The notes below the pieces were generated by a model, which ran no database searches, was not told the origin of the DNA, and saw only the letters and a list, made by a program, of their open reading frames with translations. A stretch of DNA of 63,705 nucleotides, the filler included, from Octopus bimaculoides (Eukaryota), in assembly GCF_001194135.2 (NCBI RefSeq). It is 3 parts of 3 records of this genome, joined end to end, with 100 filler letters (N's around TTAATTAATTAA, not from the genome) between each part and the next. Parts side by side here need not be neighbours in the genome. Positions count along the whole stretch, not along the records: positions 25,669 to 38,076 come from NC_068986.1; positions 38,177 to 63,705 come from NC_068997.1; 1 more part is not named here. One strand, given 5' to 3'. How positions within the stretch are numbered: position 1 is the first letter of the stretch; every line of letters begins with the position of its first letter. Position numbers and translations under genes: made by a program. Below, piece after piece: positions 35,100 through 46,910 of this stretch.

Positions 35100-35639
35100 T
35101 ATTTGAATCAATGGTAATGTATACAACATATATTGCTGGTAAACGGTGAGGTAAGAAAGCAAGGCTAAGTCTTTAATTAATATCTGTAATTATAGATAAA
35201 TGATGTTTTCTGCTGACTGGATCATTGTTGCCAGATTCCAAAGAACCGTACTCACAAACCGAATTCTGGTGTGGTACTTGAAGGATCAAAAGACGTTGAA
35301 ATGACCTTCAAAATGATTCAACGGGCCTACTGTACTTCGTCTTCAAAGATAGACTTAATCCGTTGCTCGATTTAACACCATAACTGACCCTTTGTGTGCT
35401 TTTACTGGGGTATGTTCGGGTGCAAGCATTCAGGTTACGTCTCCAGGCTTTGTTTTCTCTATCAGCTGCGGTAGTCTTTGAAAATAAGTAAATTAATCAA
35501 TTAATTAATTAATACATAAATGAATGAATTAATGAATAAGGCAAAAGGTGCTGTACATTTTCTATCCCATATTATACCGTCACGTGGTTCAAAATATGCA
35601 TATGTATACACGCCCATATACAGGGAAACATATGTATGT

Positions 35640-35720
35640 CTGCGCGTTTATGTGCCTATATATATATATATGTTGTACTTGGGGATGGTCATATTGCCAG
35701 TTTAGCCCAAAATATTGCAA

Positions 35721-35760
<40 letters not shown>

Positions 35761-36537
35761 TGTGTGTATATATATATATATTTTTATGTGTGTGTATACA
35801 TGTACATATTTATATATATACATACATGCATATATATATATATATATATGTATATATAAGCACACATACAAACATATAGAAATGCATATCTATGCACACT
35901 CATGCACATCCACAAATACATTGCATGCGTGCGCGCGTTTGTGTTTAATATATATATATATATACATACAATCAAATTCGCATTTCTAAATGTATATTTA
36001 TACGCACGCACAAAGTATGCTCGCATAACTAAAATGTCCATTCATATAAATCTTTACTTATACATATACATATGTATATATGTATATATACACATACATA
36101 TACATGTATGTATAAGTATGAGTGTCACATACTGCATGTGAGATCTATGATTTGTCTTTGATATCCACCATTAGCCACCATTTGATAAATTATCTACGTA
36201 CCCCACCGCCTCACCCGTCATCCCTACTTACATCTTCCTTCACGCAACTACACGTACACCACGAAGCAGCCCCGCTTTTCGATAGACCCTATTATATGAT
36301 GCGCACTCGCACCAGTAGCAGCAGCAGCAGCACCACCACCACCAACAGCACCACGACCACTACTACCACCACAACCACCACCACTATCACCACTACAAAC
36401 AGCAGCAGCACCACCACTTCCACTGCTACCAACACCAACACAACCAATACCACCAGCACGAACACCACCAGCACGAGCACCAGCACCAACGCCACCACCA
36501 ACACCACCACCACCACCACCACCACCACCACCACCAC
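35640..36537. repeat. (TA/CA)-rich and (CAC/CAG)-rich low-complexity fields
   Basis: Directly visible. The poly-Thr/Val ORFs are by-products. Confidence 0.9.
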
Positions 36538-37607
36538 NNNNNNNNNNNNNNNNNNNNNNNNNNNNNNNNNNNNNNNNNNNNNNNNNNNNNNNNNNNNNNN
36601 NNNNNNNNNNNNNNNNNNNNNNNNNNNNNNNNNNNNNNNNNNNNNNNNNNNNNNNNNNNNNNNNNNNNNNNNNNNNNNNNNNNNNNNNNNNNNNNNNNNN
36701 NNNNNNNNNNNNNNNNNNNNNNNNNNNNNNNNNNNNNNNNNNNNNNNNNNNNNNNNNNNNNNNNNNNNNNNNNNNNNNNNNNNNNNNNNNNNNNNNNNNN
36801 NNNNNNNNNNNNNNNNNNNNNNNNNNNNNNNNNNNNNNNNNNNNNNNNNNNNNNNNNNNNNNNNNNNNNNNNNNNNNNNNNNNNNNNNNNNNNNNNNNNN
36901 NNNNNNNNNNNNNNNNNNNNNNNNNNNNNNNNNNNNNNNNNNNNNNNNNNNNNNNNNNNNNNNNNNNNNNNNNNNNNNNNNNNNNNNNNNNNNNNNNNNN
37001 NNNNNNNNNNNNNNNNNNNNNNNNNNNNNNNNNNNNNNNNNNNNNNNNNNNNNNNNNNNNNNNNNNNNNNNNNNNNNNNNNNNNNNNNNNNNNNNNNNNN
37101 NNNNNNNNNNNNNNNNNNNNNNNNNNNNNNNNNNNNNNNNNNNNNNNNNNNNNNNNNNNNNNNNNNNNNNNNNNNNNNNNNNNNNNNNNNNNNNNNNNNN
37201 NNNNNNNNNNNNNNNNNNNNNNNNNNNNNNNNNNNNNNNNNNNNNNNNNNNNNNNNNNNNNNNNNNNNNNNNNNNNNNNNNNNNNNNNNNNNNNNNNNNN
37301 NNNNNNNNNNNNNNNNNNNNNNNNNNNNNNNNNNNNNNNNNNNNNNNNNNNNNNNNNNNNNNNNNNNNNNNNNNNNNNNNNNNNNNNNNNNNNNNNCCAC
37401 AAACACATGTATGTATGTATGTGTGTGTGTACGCAGGTATTGATGGGAAAACGCATAAATATATATTTAAATGCGTAAATAGGCAGAGGACAAACTAGGG
37501 AGATATAAAGATTAAAAAAGAATTCTGTCAGAAAGAGGTACTCTTCTCCCCGTCTAGATCTGTCTGTTTCTCTCACCCTGTTTACATCTCTCTTTCTCTC
37601 CCTAGAT

Positions 37608-37627
37608 CTATCTATCTATCTATCTAC

Positions 37628-37658
<31 letters not shown>

Positions 37659-37659
37659 C

Positions 37660-37718
<59 letters not shown>
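37608..37718. repeat. (TATC)n tetranucleotide microsatellite
   Basis: Near-perfect run. Confidence 0.97.
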
Positions 37719-38076
37719 AATATGTAAAAGTCTATATGAAGCTCAGGAAAGGTGTTTGTAAAGTGCAAGATACTTCATGCGTCTGTGTTTGTGAGTAATT
37801 GTGTGTCTAGTTCTCAAAGAGATAGATAGATAAATAGATAGATAGATAGAGAGAGAGAGAATGAGAGAGAGAAAGAGTGGAAGACTCAAAGGGAGAGAAA
37901 GAAAATCGGGGGTGGGGGTGGGTGGCGAGTTAGGGCATGAAAAAAAAAATCGCGTAAAATGAAAGGGTGGAGTTAATTCATCATGACTCTTTCATCTTTT
38001 TTTTAGGGATGCTGCTTGTTATTGGCACACTAACAGTTCTTTATTTATTAATCAATAGATTTATATATATGTATAT

Positions 38077-38176
38077 NNNNNNNNNNNNNNNNNNNNNNNN
38101 NNNNNNNNNNNNNNNNNNNNTTAATTAATTAANNNNNNNNNNNNNNNNNNNNNNNNNNNNNNNNNNNNNNNNNNNN
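38077..38176. other. Synthetic contig/scaffold spacer
   Basis: 44 N + TTAATTAATTAA (38121-38132) + 44 N, identical in design to 25569-25668. Confidence 0.95.
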
Positions 38177-38389
38177 TATGTGTATATGTTTGTGTGTCTG
38201 TGTTTGTCCCCCCAACATCGCTTGACAACCGATGCTGGTGTGTTTATGTCCCCGTAATTTAGTGGCTCGGCAAAAGAGACCGATAGAATAAGTACTAGGC
38301 ATCCAAAGAATAAGTCCTGGGGTCGATTTGCTCAACTAAAGACAGTGCTCCAGCATGGCCACAGTCAATTGACTGAAAAGAGTAAAAGA

Positions 38390-38390
<1 letters not shown>
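38177..38390 (+). mobile_element. SINE family A, 3' half
   Basis: GACAACCGATGCTGGTGTG...GTGCTCCAGCATGGCCACAG...GTAAAAGAG followed by (TA)n. Confidence 0.9.
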
Positions 38391-38426
<36 letters not shown>

Positions 38427-38516
38427 AGCTCATTCTTTTACTTGTTCTAGTAATTGGACTACGGTCATACTGGAGCATAGCCATAAAGGGTTTAGTCTAG
38501 CAGCCATCTCTCTCTA

Positions 38517-38735
38517 TGGAGGAGCATGGCTTAATGGTCAGGGTGTTGGACTCATGATCGTAAGATTGTGGTTTCGATTCCTGGACTGGGTGGTGCATTG
38601 TGTTCTTGAGCAAAGCACTTCATTTCACGTAGCTCCAGTCCACCCAGCTAGCAAAAATTAATCCTGTGACAGACCAGCGCCCCATTGAGGTGGGGAATAT
38701 ATATGTGCCACGCAACTGGGAAACTGGCCCTTATG
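38517..38735 (+). mobile_element. SINE family C (tRNA-like head, CORE-like segment)
   Basis: TGGCTTAATGG...GGTTTCGATTCC boxes, then TGTGTTCTTGAGCAAAGCACTT (CORE-like). Confidence 0.7.
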
Positions 38736-38782
38736 TCATTTTTTACATTTGACGGATATTTGTCCTCAACTTGCTTGTTCTT

Positions 38783-38828
38783 AACACAACGTTTCAGCTG
38801 GTATACCCTCCAGCCTTCATCAGGTGTC
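38783..38828 (-). ncRNA. Minimal type I hammerhead ribozyme motif (Penelope-like terminus)
   Basis: Minus strand: GACAC-CTGATGA-A-GGCTGG(AGGGTATA)CCAGCT-GAAA-CGTT-GTGTT. This gives stem I GACAC/GTGTT, an intact core, a 6-bp stem II, and a palindromic loopless stem III. Confidence 0.65.
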
Positions 38829-39080
38829 TTGTTATACCTTATGAGTCGGTATAACTTGAGAAGGTAACTTTACCATCACCTTTACCATCTCCCTCTTCTG
38901 TGGTATTCTGCTCTCTTAATAAAGGACACATTACATCAGTAGGGGTCCTTATGACCCTTGGTGGGGGTCCATATAAGATTTCCTTGTTAATAATTATGTG
39001 CAATACTTTCTACAACACACAAAATATTTTAACATTTTTTTAATACAATTCCTAATAATACTTAATTATAAAACTATGAT

Positions 39081-39183
39081 AGAATTTTTGAAAATATCTA
39101 ATGGTTATGAGGGTCCATGAAGGGTCCACTGAGCCATACACCTTCATGGACCCTCATAACCATTAGATATTTTCAAAAATTCT
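39081..39183. repeat. Perfect 43-bp inverted repeat with 17-nt spacer
   Basis: 39081-39123 (AGAATTTTTGAAAATATCTAATGGTTATGAGGGTCCATGAAGG) is the exact reverse complement of 39141-39183. Confidence 0.97.
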
Positions 39184-39195
39184 TCTGCCTTGAAG

Positions 39196-39536
39196 AATTT
39201 TAGCTGAATGAATTGACCCCCAGGATTTACTTTTTTTGTAAAGCTCGGTACTTATTCCATCGGTCTCTTTTGCCAAACTGCTAGGTTACAGGGATGTAAA
39301 TACACCAACACTGCTTGCCAAGTGGTGGTGAGGGACAAACACAAACACAGATATGCACATACACACACACACACGACGAGGCTTCTTTCAGTTTCTGTCT
39401 ACCAAGTCCACACACAAGGCTTTGGTCGACCTGAGGCTATAGTAGAAGATACTTGCCCTAGGTATCACACAGCGGACTGAACCAGGAACCATGCAGTTGG
39501 GAAGCAAACTTCTTACCATACAGCCAAGCCTGCACC
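39196..39536 (-). mobile_element. SINE family A copy
   Basis: Reverse complement of head, body and most of the tail, with an internal (CA)n. Confidence 0.85.
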
Positions 39537-40785
39537 TCTGATATATGGTAACAAAAGGGTTTAATGGATTTTCCTATGGACTGTAAGCATTTGAAAGGAA
39601 TGTCAATTTAACAAGATGGTTTTCTTAACTCACAACAAATTAATTTTTCCATTTCTGTCTCTCACTTGAAAGATATATGTAAATGCATAATTATATGTAA
39701 TTATGCAGTTTGCATATGTATCTTAATTATACAGTTGCACATGTGTATTATTAAGGTATAATTTGTGAGTTATTATGTAACACAGTCATTGACTCTCATT
39801 ACTGTCTTTGTGGAACCCCACCCACAAGAGGTCTGTGGATCCCATGTTAAGAGATGTTGCTCTATGTGGTCCCTCAATCTGTTAAAAATAACAGTCAAAT
39901 CCCTCTCAATTAATATGCAACTGTCTTAAAAAAGCGAAGGGTATATTGGATAATGTAGTATTTTTAAAGACAGAATGGTCAAGCATGGAATACTTTTGAT
40001 CTGCCTGATCAGGTGCTGACCTGGGGTTAAATAACAACAGAGCTTAAAAGACCTAGCATTATGGTATCAAGTGTATAGAACGTAGTTTCTCAACTTTTTT
40101 TATTTGAAGAACTTTCAAAATAAATTCTAAGTCTCAGGGCACCTTGACATACAAAAAAAAAAAAAAATTATACATTCTTTTTTTTATTCTCTCATAAAGT
40201 TAAACTTCACAAAGAGCTTAACCCTTTTACCGTAGAAACCAGTTATACACACCCAAACTTTCATTACTCTTAACTGCAGAAAGCAGCTTTATATACCATT
40301 TTATCTTTTGTTGAGGAATGTCATGTTTGAAACTGTTGAGATATGCCAAGTTTATTGAAGCAATGTGACTTGCAAAAAATACTAATTCTACTTTTTGGTA
40401 TATATATATATAATTGTTTACATAATTAGCCTAACCAGCATTATTTACGGAGAAACCCCTAATGCACTTTTACAGAAGTCTCAGGTTCCTGGGAACATCA
40501 GTTAGAAACTGCTAATATAGAGGGTAATGTACAAAACTACTGTTGCTAATGATCTGGTGGTACCATTTTATCTTTTGTTGAGGAATGTCATGTTTGAAGC
40601 TATTTTCTGCTGAGATATGTCAAATTTACTGAAGTAACGTGAGTTGCAAAAAATACTATTTTTTTTTTTATTTATATTTATATTTTATAACCTTGAAATT
40701 AAATTTTGCGGTGAAAGGTTTAAAAATATCATAAAACTGTCTTTGAAAAGTTTTACAGTGCTAAATCTTTCAGAAACCATAAAAA

Positions 40786-41018
40786 TCATCATCATCGTCG
40801 TTTAATGTCCGCTTTCCATGCTAGCATGGGTTGGATGATTTGACTGAGGACTGGGGGACCAGGAGGTGACACCAGGCTCCAATCTGATCTGCCAGAGTTT
40901 CTACAGCTGGATGCCCTTCCTAACGCCAACCACTCCGAGAGTGTAGTGGGTGCTTTTACGTGCCACCGGCACGAGGGCCAGTCAGGCGGGTACTGGCGAC
41001 AGCCACGCTTAAAAATGG
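40786..41018 (-). mobile_element. RTE 3' UTR/tail fragment
   Basis: (CAT)n-CGTTTAATGTCCGCTTTCCATGCTAGCATGGG...GGATGCCCTTCCTAACGCCAACC. Confidence 0.85.
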
Positions 41019-41230
41019 TTTCATGAAATTTTGTTTTGTTTTAAGGCCTTGTTTAGACCAAGTTCTTTTAGACCAAGTTTTTAATTAATCCTTTTGAAAC
41101 CAGCCTGCTAAAAACTGTCCCTGGTTCCTTGATGCAAACTTCCTGTTTTAAAGTGGTCTAAATAAAAAGCTGCCATCAAAATTTCATGTTAATCCATGTT
41201 TCAAACACCAAAGTTATTTTACTAAATTAT

Positions 41231-41622
41231 GGCACAGATGTGGCTGTGTGGTAAGTAGCTTGCTTCCCAACCACATGGTTCTGGGATCAGTCCCACTGTG
41301 TGGCACCTTGGGTAGGAGTCTTCTACTATATATAGCCTTGGACAAACCAAAGCCTTGTGAGTGGGTTTGGTAGACGGAAACTGAAAGAAGCCTGTTGTAT
41401 ATATGTATATATATGTGTGTGTGTGTGTTTGTATCTACATATGTTCTCAACTACCACTTGACAACTGGTGTTTGTGTGTTTATGTCCTTGTAACTAAGTG
41501 GTTTGGCAAAAGTACTAGGCTTTAAAAAAAAAGTACTGGTATCAATTCGTTCAACTAAAACCCCTCAAAGTACTACCCAAGCATGGCCACAGTTTAATGA
41601 CTGAAACAAGTAAAAGATAAAA
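41231..41622 (+). mobile_element. SINE family A, full length
   Basis: GGCACAGATGTGGCTGTGTGG head through the GAAACAAGTAAAAGATAAAA tail. Confidence 0.9.
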
Positions 41623-41928
41623 AAAAAGCAATAAAAGATTTGTTTGAAAATTAATTGAAACAAAGGTAGAATATTTCAACTGAAATATGGTAACAAAAGA
41701 GTTAAGCATGACAGATGCAACATTTTTGGGACCTGTCATGCATGTTTAGTCAAATTCTTTATACAGAATTAAACATTAACCCATTAATGCAGAGCGTCCA
41801 GAAAAATAGATGCAGTAAAAATTACTATTACTTGTTTTGTACGTGTGTATAGTTGGTTTGTTAGTATGCAGTGCCTACTCAGAGCACTAGTTTAGGGGCA
41901 GACTATACCAAAAATAAGCTCAACAGGT

Positions 41929-42096
41929 ACTCTTACTCTTTTACTCTTTTACTTGTTTCAGTCATTTGACTGTGGCCATGCTGGAGCACCGCCTTTAGTC
42001 GAGCAAATCGACCCCAGGACTTATTCTTTGTAAGCCTAGTACTTATTCTATCGGTCTCTTTTGCTGAACCACTAAGTTACGGGGATGTAAGCACAC
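41929..42096 (-). mobile_element. SINE family A, 3' part
   Basis: CTCTTTTACTTGTTTCAGTCATTTGACTGTGGCCATGCTGGAGCACCGCC... Confidence 0.9.
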
Positions 42097-42235
42097 CTGT
42101 CCCCCTCCGACTTTTAGTTCATGCAATTGAAAAAAAAATGCATTATTTATGGGATGACCCAATATATACATACATTAATTTCACAGAATACCATGTAAAC
42201 TACAACTGCTATAACACCACAATCTCTCACTCTCC

Positions 42236-42273
<38 letters not shown>

Positions 42274-42571
42274 ACGTGTAGTAAGCAATGTTAACCTTAT
42301 TATTATAGGAGACTGGATAGCTTCATTGTGATATGAGGGTGTGTTACTGTATTAAATGATAATGTATCAGTGTGTCACGAGAATGAAGTTTCAGTGCTGC
42401 ATACTAGATGGCACCACTGTAACATGAAACTAGATGTTATTACTGTGTCATGCAACTGGATGGTATTGCTGTGACATGAGTTTAGATGGCAATTCTAATA
42501 GCAATACATCACAATAACTAATCAGTGCAGATGCACTTTTACATGGGTGTGTATGTACTGTTATTGCAAGC

Positions 42572-42629
<58 letters not shown>

Positions 42630-42846
42630 ATATGTGTGTGTGCACGTGCATATATAGAAGTGTGTGAGCATATATATATATTTAAAAAAAAAGCTATTTT
42701 CATATATTTTTAATTAAGGGGTAAAAAAAAAAAACAACTTTTTTAGTCGATTGACATGTTTTAGCAATTCATTTTGATTACCTATTTTAGTTGATTTGTT
42801 TATACCTTTTCTTGATAGTCCTTTCTATCCTCCTCCTCCTCCTCCT

Positions 42847-43238
42847 CATCATCATTTAACGTCTGCTTTCCATGCTAGCATGGGTTGGATGATTTGACTG
42901 AGGACTGGCGAACCAGATGGCTGCACCCGGCTCCAATCTGATCTGGTACAGTTTCTACAGCTGGATGCCCTTCCTAACACCAACCACTCCGAGAGTGTAG
43001 TGGATGCTTTTACATGCCACCAGCATGAGGGCCAGTCAGGCGGTACTGGCAAGGGCCATGCTCAAATGGTGTTTTTTACGTGCCACCGGCACAAGTGCCA
43101 GTAAGGCGACGCTGGTAACGATCATGCTCAAATGGTGCTTCTACGTACCACTGGCACGGAAGGCAGACAGCTGCTCTGGCAATGATCATGCTTGGATGGT
43201 GCTGTTAGCGCTCCACTGGCACGGGTGTCAGTCATCAG
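42847..43238 (-). mobile_element. RTE 3' UTR/tail with about four tandem ~65-70-bp modules
   Basis: Tail as above, then repeated T(A)CGTGCCAC.GGCAC...CTGG.AA.G..CATGCT..ATGGTG units. Confidence 0.85.
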
Positions 43239-43508
43239 ATTTTGGTCCGATGTGCATATATATTTTTTATCTTCTGTGCTTTTATATATGTATTCCTTTT
43301 ATATGTTGGGTAAATGTTTATATATGATGAAAAGTATGGAATATAAAGTTGTTGACCTGGATTTGATGTTTGTTCTCTAATCAATGTTTTTTGTCTCTGT
43401 CTCAATTTCATTCGAGCACTTCTTCTGCAGTCCTATAAACCTTTTTTGTTTCCACAAAAAAGAAGCAAAAATTATTTCTTGTCTTATATATATATACATA
43501 TATATATA

Positions 43509-43557
<49 letters not shown>

Positions 43558-44899
43558 AACTATAATCGTACAGTTAGCTACAGATACGTGGGTATATAGA
43601 TAAGAGAATGTGCACACTTAACAGCAACTATGTATTGCGTAGTTTCATGGTTATCTGCATAAACCACAATGCACATGTGCACAGACACACACACACACAT
43701 GCATGAGATTGATATACATATATGTTTTCTAGAATAAAGGTGATATGAAGAATGGAAATGCGAGATCAAGATGGATATGAACCCAGAATCAAGGAGACCA
43801 AATACAATCATAATAGAGGAAAAGAAACACACACACACAAACAAAACAGACAAAACAAAACACCATGTGATGGTAGAGTTGATGTAAAAGACAAAAAGAA
43901 AGAATGAAGACTGAGAAATATCTGGACTTGGTCAGGGAATTAGGAACCCTGACGGAAAGAAAGTAATGAGAAGAAGGTGCCAGGCAGTGGCACTGAAAGT
44001 GAAACGATGCTGAGAAGCAAACTTCTTAATTACACAGTTACACATGATGATGATGATGATGTGTATATTATCAATATCACCTGCTTATTGTATGTGTGTT
44101 ATCAAATGCATGTAGCTGTGGTATTAAGTCTCGGAGAGATCCCTATAAAGATGAGTATAGTGCTAAAAAGTACAAGGGCTGATTCGCTTGACTATAACCA
44201 TCTGAAGGTGGTGCTCCAGCATGGCTGCAGTCCAATGACTGCAACTTCAATATCAACAAGCAAAAAAAAAAAAAAAAATGAAAATAAAATGCAGAGCTCA
44301 ATTGTCCATGACTTTGTAGGTGGCAGCACTGATATAACTGACATAAGAAAGAAGAGGTTTGAGAAGAAGAAGAAAAGTAAAAGATGGGAGGAGCAGAAAC
44401 AGGAGGAATGATGGGGAGGAGCAGAAAGAGGAGGAAATGATATGGAGGGATCAGGTACTGAAATAACTGCAGAAGAATGTGGTGGTGGTGGTGGTGGTAG
44501 CGAAGGGCACAACGATGCAGATGAGGATGATAATTAGAATAACATAATCATCCTAATTTAGTAATTATCTTAAATATCATTAATTTACCGAGAACATTGA
44601 AGACAGCGCTGATATACATGTCTAGTGCAGTATTCAATTTTGTCTGCATCCGCCCACTGCTGGTACACAGGCACTGGTGGCGACAGTGGTGGTGGTGGTG
44701 GTGGTGGTGAGGTCAATTTTTCTCTTCCATCCTTTTAAAGGCTAAGTAAAATAATTACTAGTTATATACTGAACATCAATTCAAATGACAATGCCATCTT
44801 CCCCCTCCCACACAGAAAGAGAAGCCTTAGATAATTGGTTGGGTGTATAATCAAAGAAAATCAATAATAATAATAATGATAATAATAATAATCCTTTCT

Positions 44900-45340
44900 A
44901 CTATAGGCACAAAGCCTGATATTTGGTGGAAGGGGACCAGTTGATTACATTAACCCCAGTGTGTAACTGGTTCTTAATTTATCGATCCCCCGAAAGGATG
45001 AAAGGCAAAGTCGACCCCAGCGGCATTTGAACTCAGAACGTGAAGACAGACAAAATACCGTTAAGCATTTCGCCCAGCGTGCTAACGATTCTGCCAGCTC
45101 GTTGCCTTAAAAATATACTAATAATGATTTCCAATTTTCGCACTGGGCCAGCAATTCTGGGGAAGGGGTGGGGAGGTGATTACATTGACCCCAGTGTGCT
45201 CAACTGATACTTATTTTATCAACCCCAAAAGGATGAACAAGAAAGTTAACCCCGGTGGAATTTGAACTCAGAATGTAAAGACAGACAAAATGCCAACACG
45301 CATTTTGCCTAGCATGCTAAAGGTTCTGACAGCTCACCGA
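44900..45340 (-). mobile_element. Two tandem SINE family B copies (~44900-45110, ~45130-45340)
   Basis: Both show the reverse complement of GCCTTTCATCCTTT.GGGG.TCGATAAA and of the GAGCTG.CAGAA.C.TTAGCA head. Confidence 0.85.
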
Positions 45341-45920
45341 AATATTAATAAATAAATAAAATAATAAATAAATAAACAACAACACCAATAATAATAAGTA
45401 CCAGGCAGTGGCTCTCATGACTTCTGATCTTAACTGATTGGAAGTGTTATCATGTACATGTTTTGTCTGGCATTAAAATATGGGCTACAGCAAATATTCT
45501 GCTCTGTACCACAGATTTGTTGGTCAGTTGCTTAACCTTCACCAGTTGAGTATGTGTCTTAGTGGCTGACGATATGTGCACCGCTGATCAAAAGCAGGAG
45601 CTGTGGGGAAGCATCACAGCCATGTGTTGAGAGGAATTCTTTGGGTTTTCAATAATTCACCTACGGAAACATGGGTGTTTCATTCTTCATCCTTTAAACA
45701 AACCTAATTCAGGGACCTTTTCAGCGAGTTGGGCTACTCGACTTGAAGAAAATCCTAACTGTGAAAGGTAATGGATCTGTTTATCTTGATATCAGATCAC
45801 TATATTGCCACATGTGGTTGTGATGCATGTGACTAGTGCACTCTTATCAGACGTAGTCATAATGAGTATACTGGGTTTCATATATTTGTACCCTATGTCA
45901 CTTTGATGGCATGCACTGCT

Positions 45921-46188
45921 AGTGCCAATGGACTGGCTCCTGTGCAGGTGGCACGTAAAATACACCATTTCGAGCGTGGCCGTTGCCAGTACTGCCTGAC
46001 TGGCCTTCGCGCCGGTGGCACGTAAAAGCACCAACTACACTCTTGGAGTGGTTGGCGTTAGGAAGGGCATCCAGCTGTAGAAATTCTACCAAATCAGATT
46101 GGAGCTTGGTGTAGCCACCTGGTCCACCAGTCCTCAGTCAAATCGTCCAACCCATGCTAGCATGGAAAGCGGACGTTAAACGACGATG
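45921..46188 (+). mobile_element. RTE 3' UTR/tail fragment
   Basis: Two GTGGCACGTAAAA modules followed by the shared tail ending GGACGTTAAACGACGATG. Confidence 0.85.
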
Positions 46189-46476
46189 AATAATAATAAT
46201 AATAATAATAATGATAATAATAATGATAATGAGGAGGAAGGAGGAAAATAAAAAAGAGGAATACAGAAAGAAGATGGAAAAGTGANNNNNNNNNNNNNNN
46301 NNNNNNNNNNNNNNNNNNNNNNNNNNNNNNNNNNNNNNNNNNNNNNNNNNNNNNNNNNNNNNNNNNNNNNNNNNNNNNNNNNNNNNNNNNNNNNNNNNNN
46401 NNNNNNNNNNNNNNNNNNNNNNNNNNNNNNNNNNNNNNNNNNNNNNNNNNNNNNNNNNNNNNNNNNNNNNNATATA

Positions 46477-46873
46477 GGCGTAGGAGTGGTTGTGTAGTAA
46501 GTAGCTTGCTTACCAACTTCATGGTTCTAGGTTCAGTCCCACTGCGTGCCAACTTGGGCAAGTGTCTTCTACTATAGTTTCAGGCTGACGAAAGCCTTGT
46601 GAGTGGATTTGGTAGACGGAAACTGAAAGAAGCCCGTCGTGTATATATATATGTATGTGTGTTTGTGTGGTCTGTGTTTGTCCCCCCACCATCACTTGAC
46701 AACCGGTGCTGGTGTGTTTACGTCCCCGTAACTTAGCAGTTCGGCAAAAAGAGGCCGATAGAATAAGTACTAGGCTTACAAAGAATAAGTCCTGGGGTTG
46801 ATTTGCTTGACTAAAGGTGGTGCTCCAGCATGGCTGCAGTCAAATGACTGAAACAAGTAAAAGAGTAAAAGAG
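46477..46873 (+). mobile_element. SINE family A, full length
   Basis: GGCGTAGGAGTGG...GGTTCAGTCCC...GTAAAAGAGTAAAAGAG, flanked by TA repeats on both sides. Confidence 0.95.
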
Positions 46874-46877
46874 TATA

Positions 46878-46910
<33 letters not shown>

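Noticed and set aside
35190-35500. Complex, repeat-free sequence that might be a coding exon
   Set aside because: Each frame I translated from the candidate acceptors on both strands hit a stop within ~50 codons, with no recognisable motif.
26106-37576. Many long ORFs rich in His, Met, Thr, Val, Leu, Lys or X in the ORF track
   Set aside because: They are translations of trinucleotide microsatellites and N gaps, which contain no stops. There is no domain content.
40294-40660. ~100-bp direct repeat (40294-40388 / 40561-40660)
   Set aside because: A local duplication around the end of a degraded MITE-like piece, with no further structure suggesting function.
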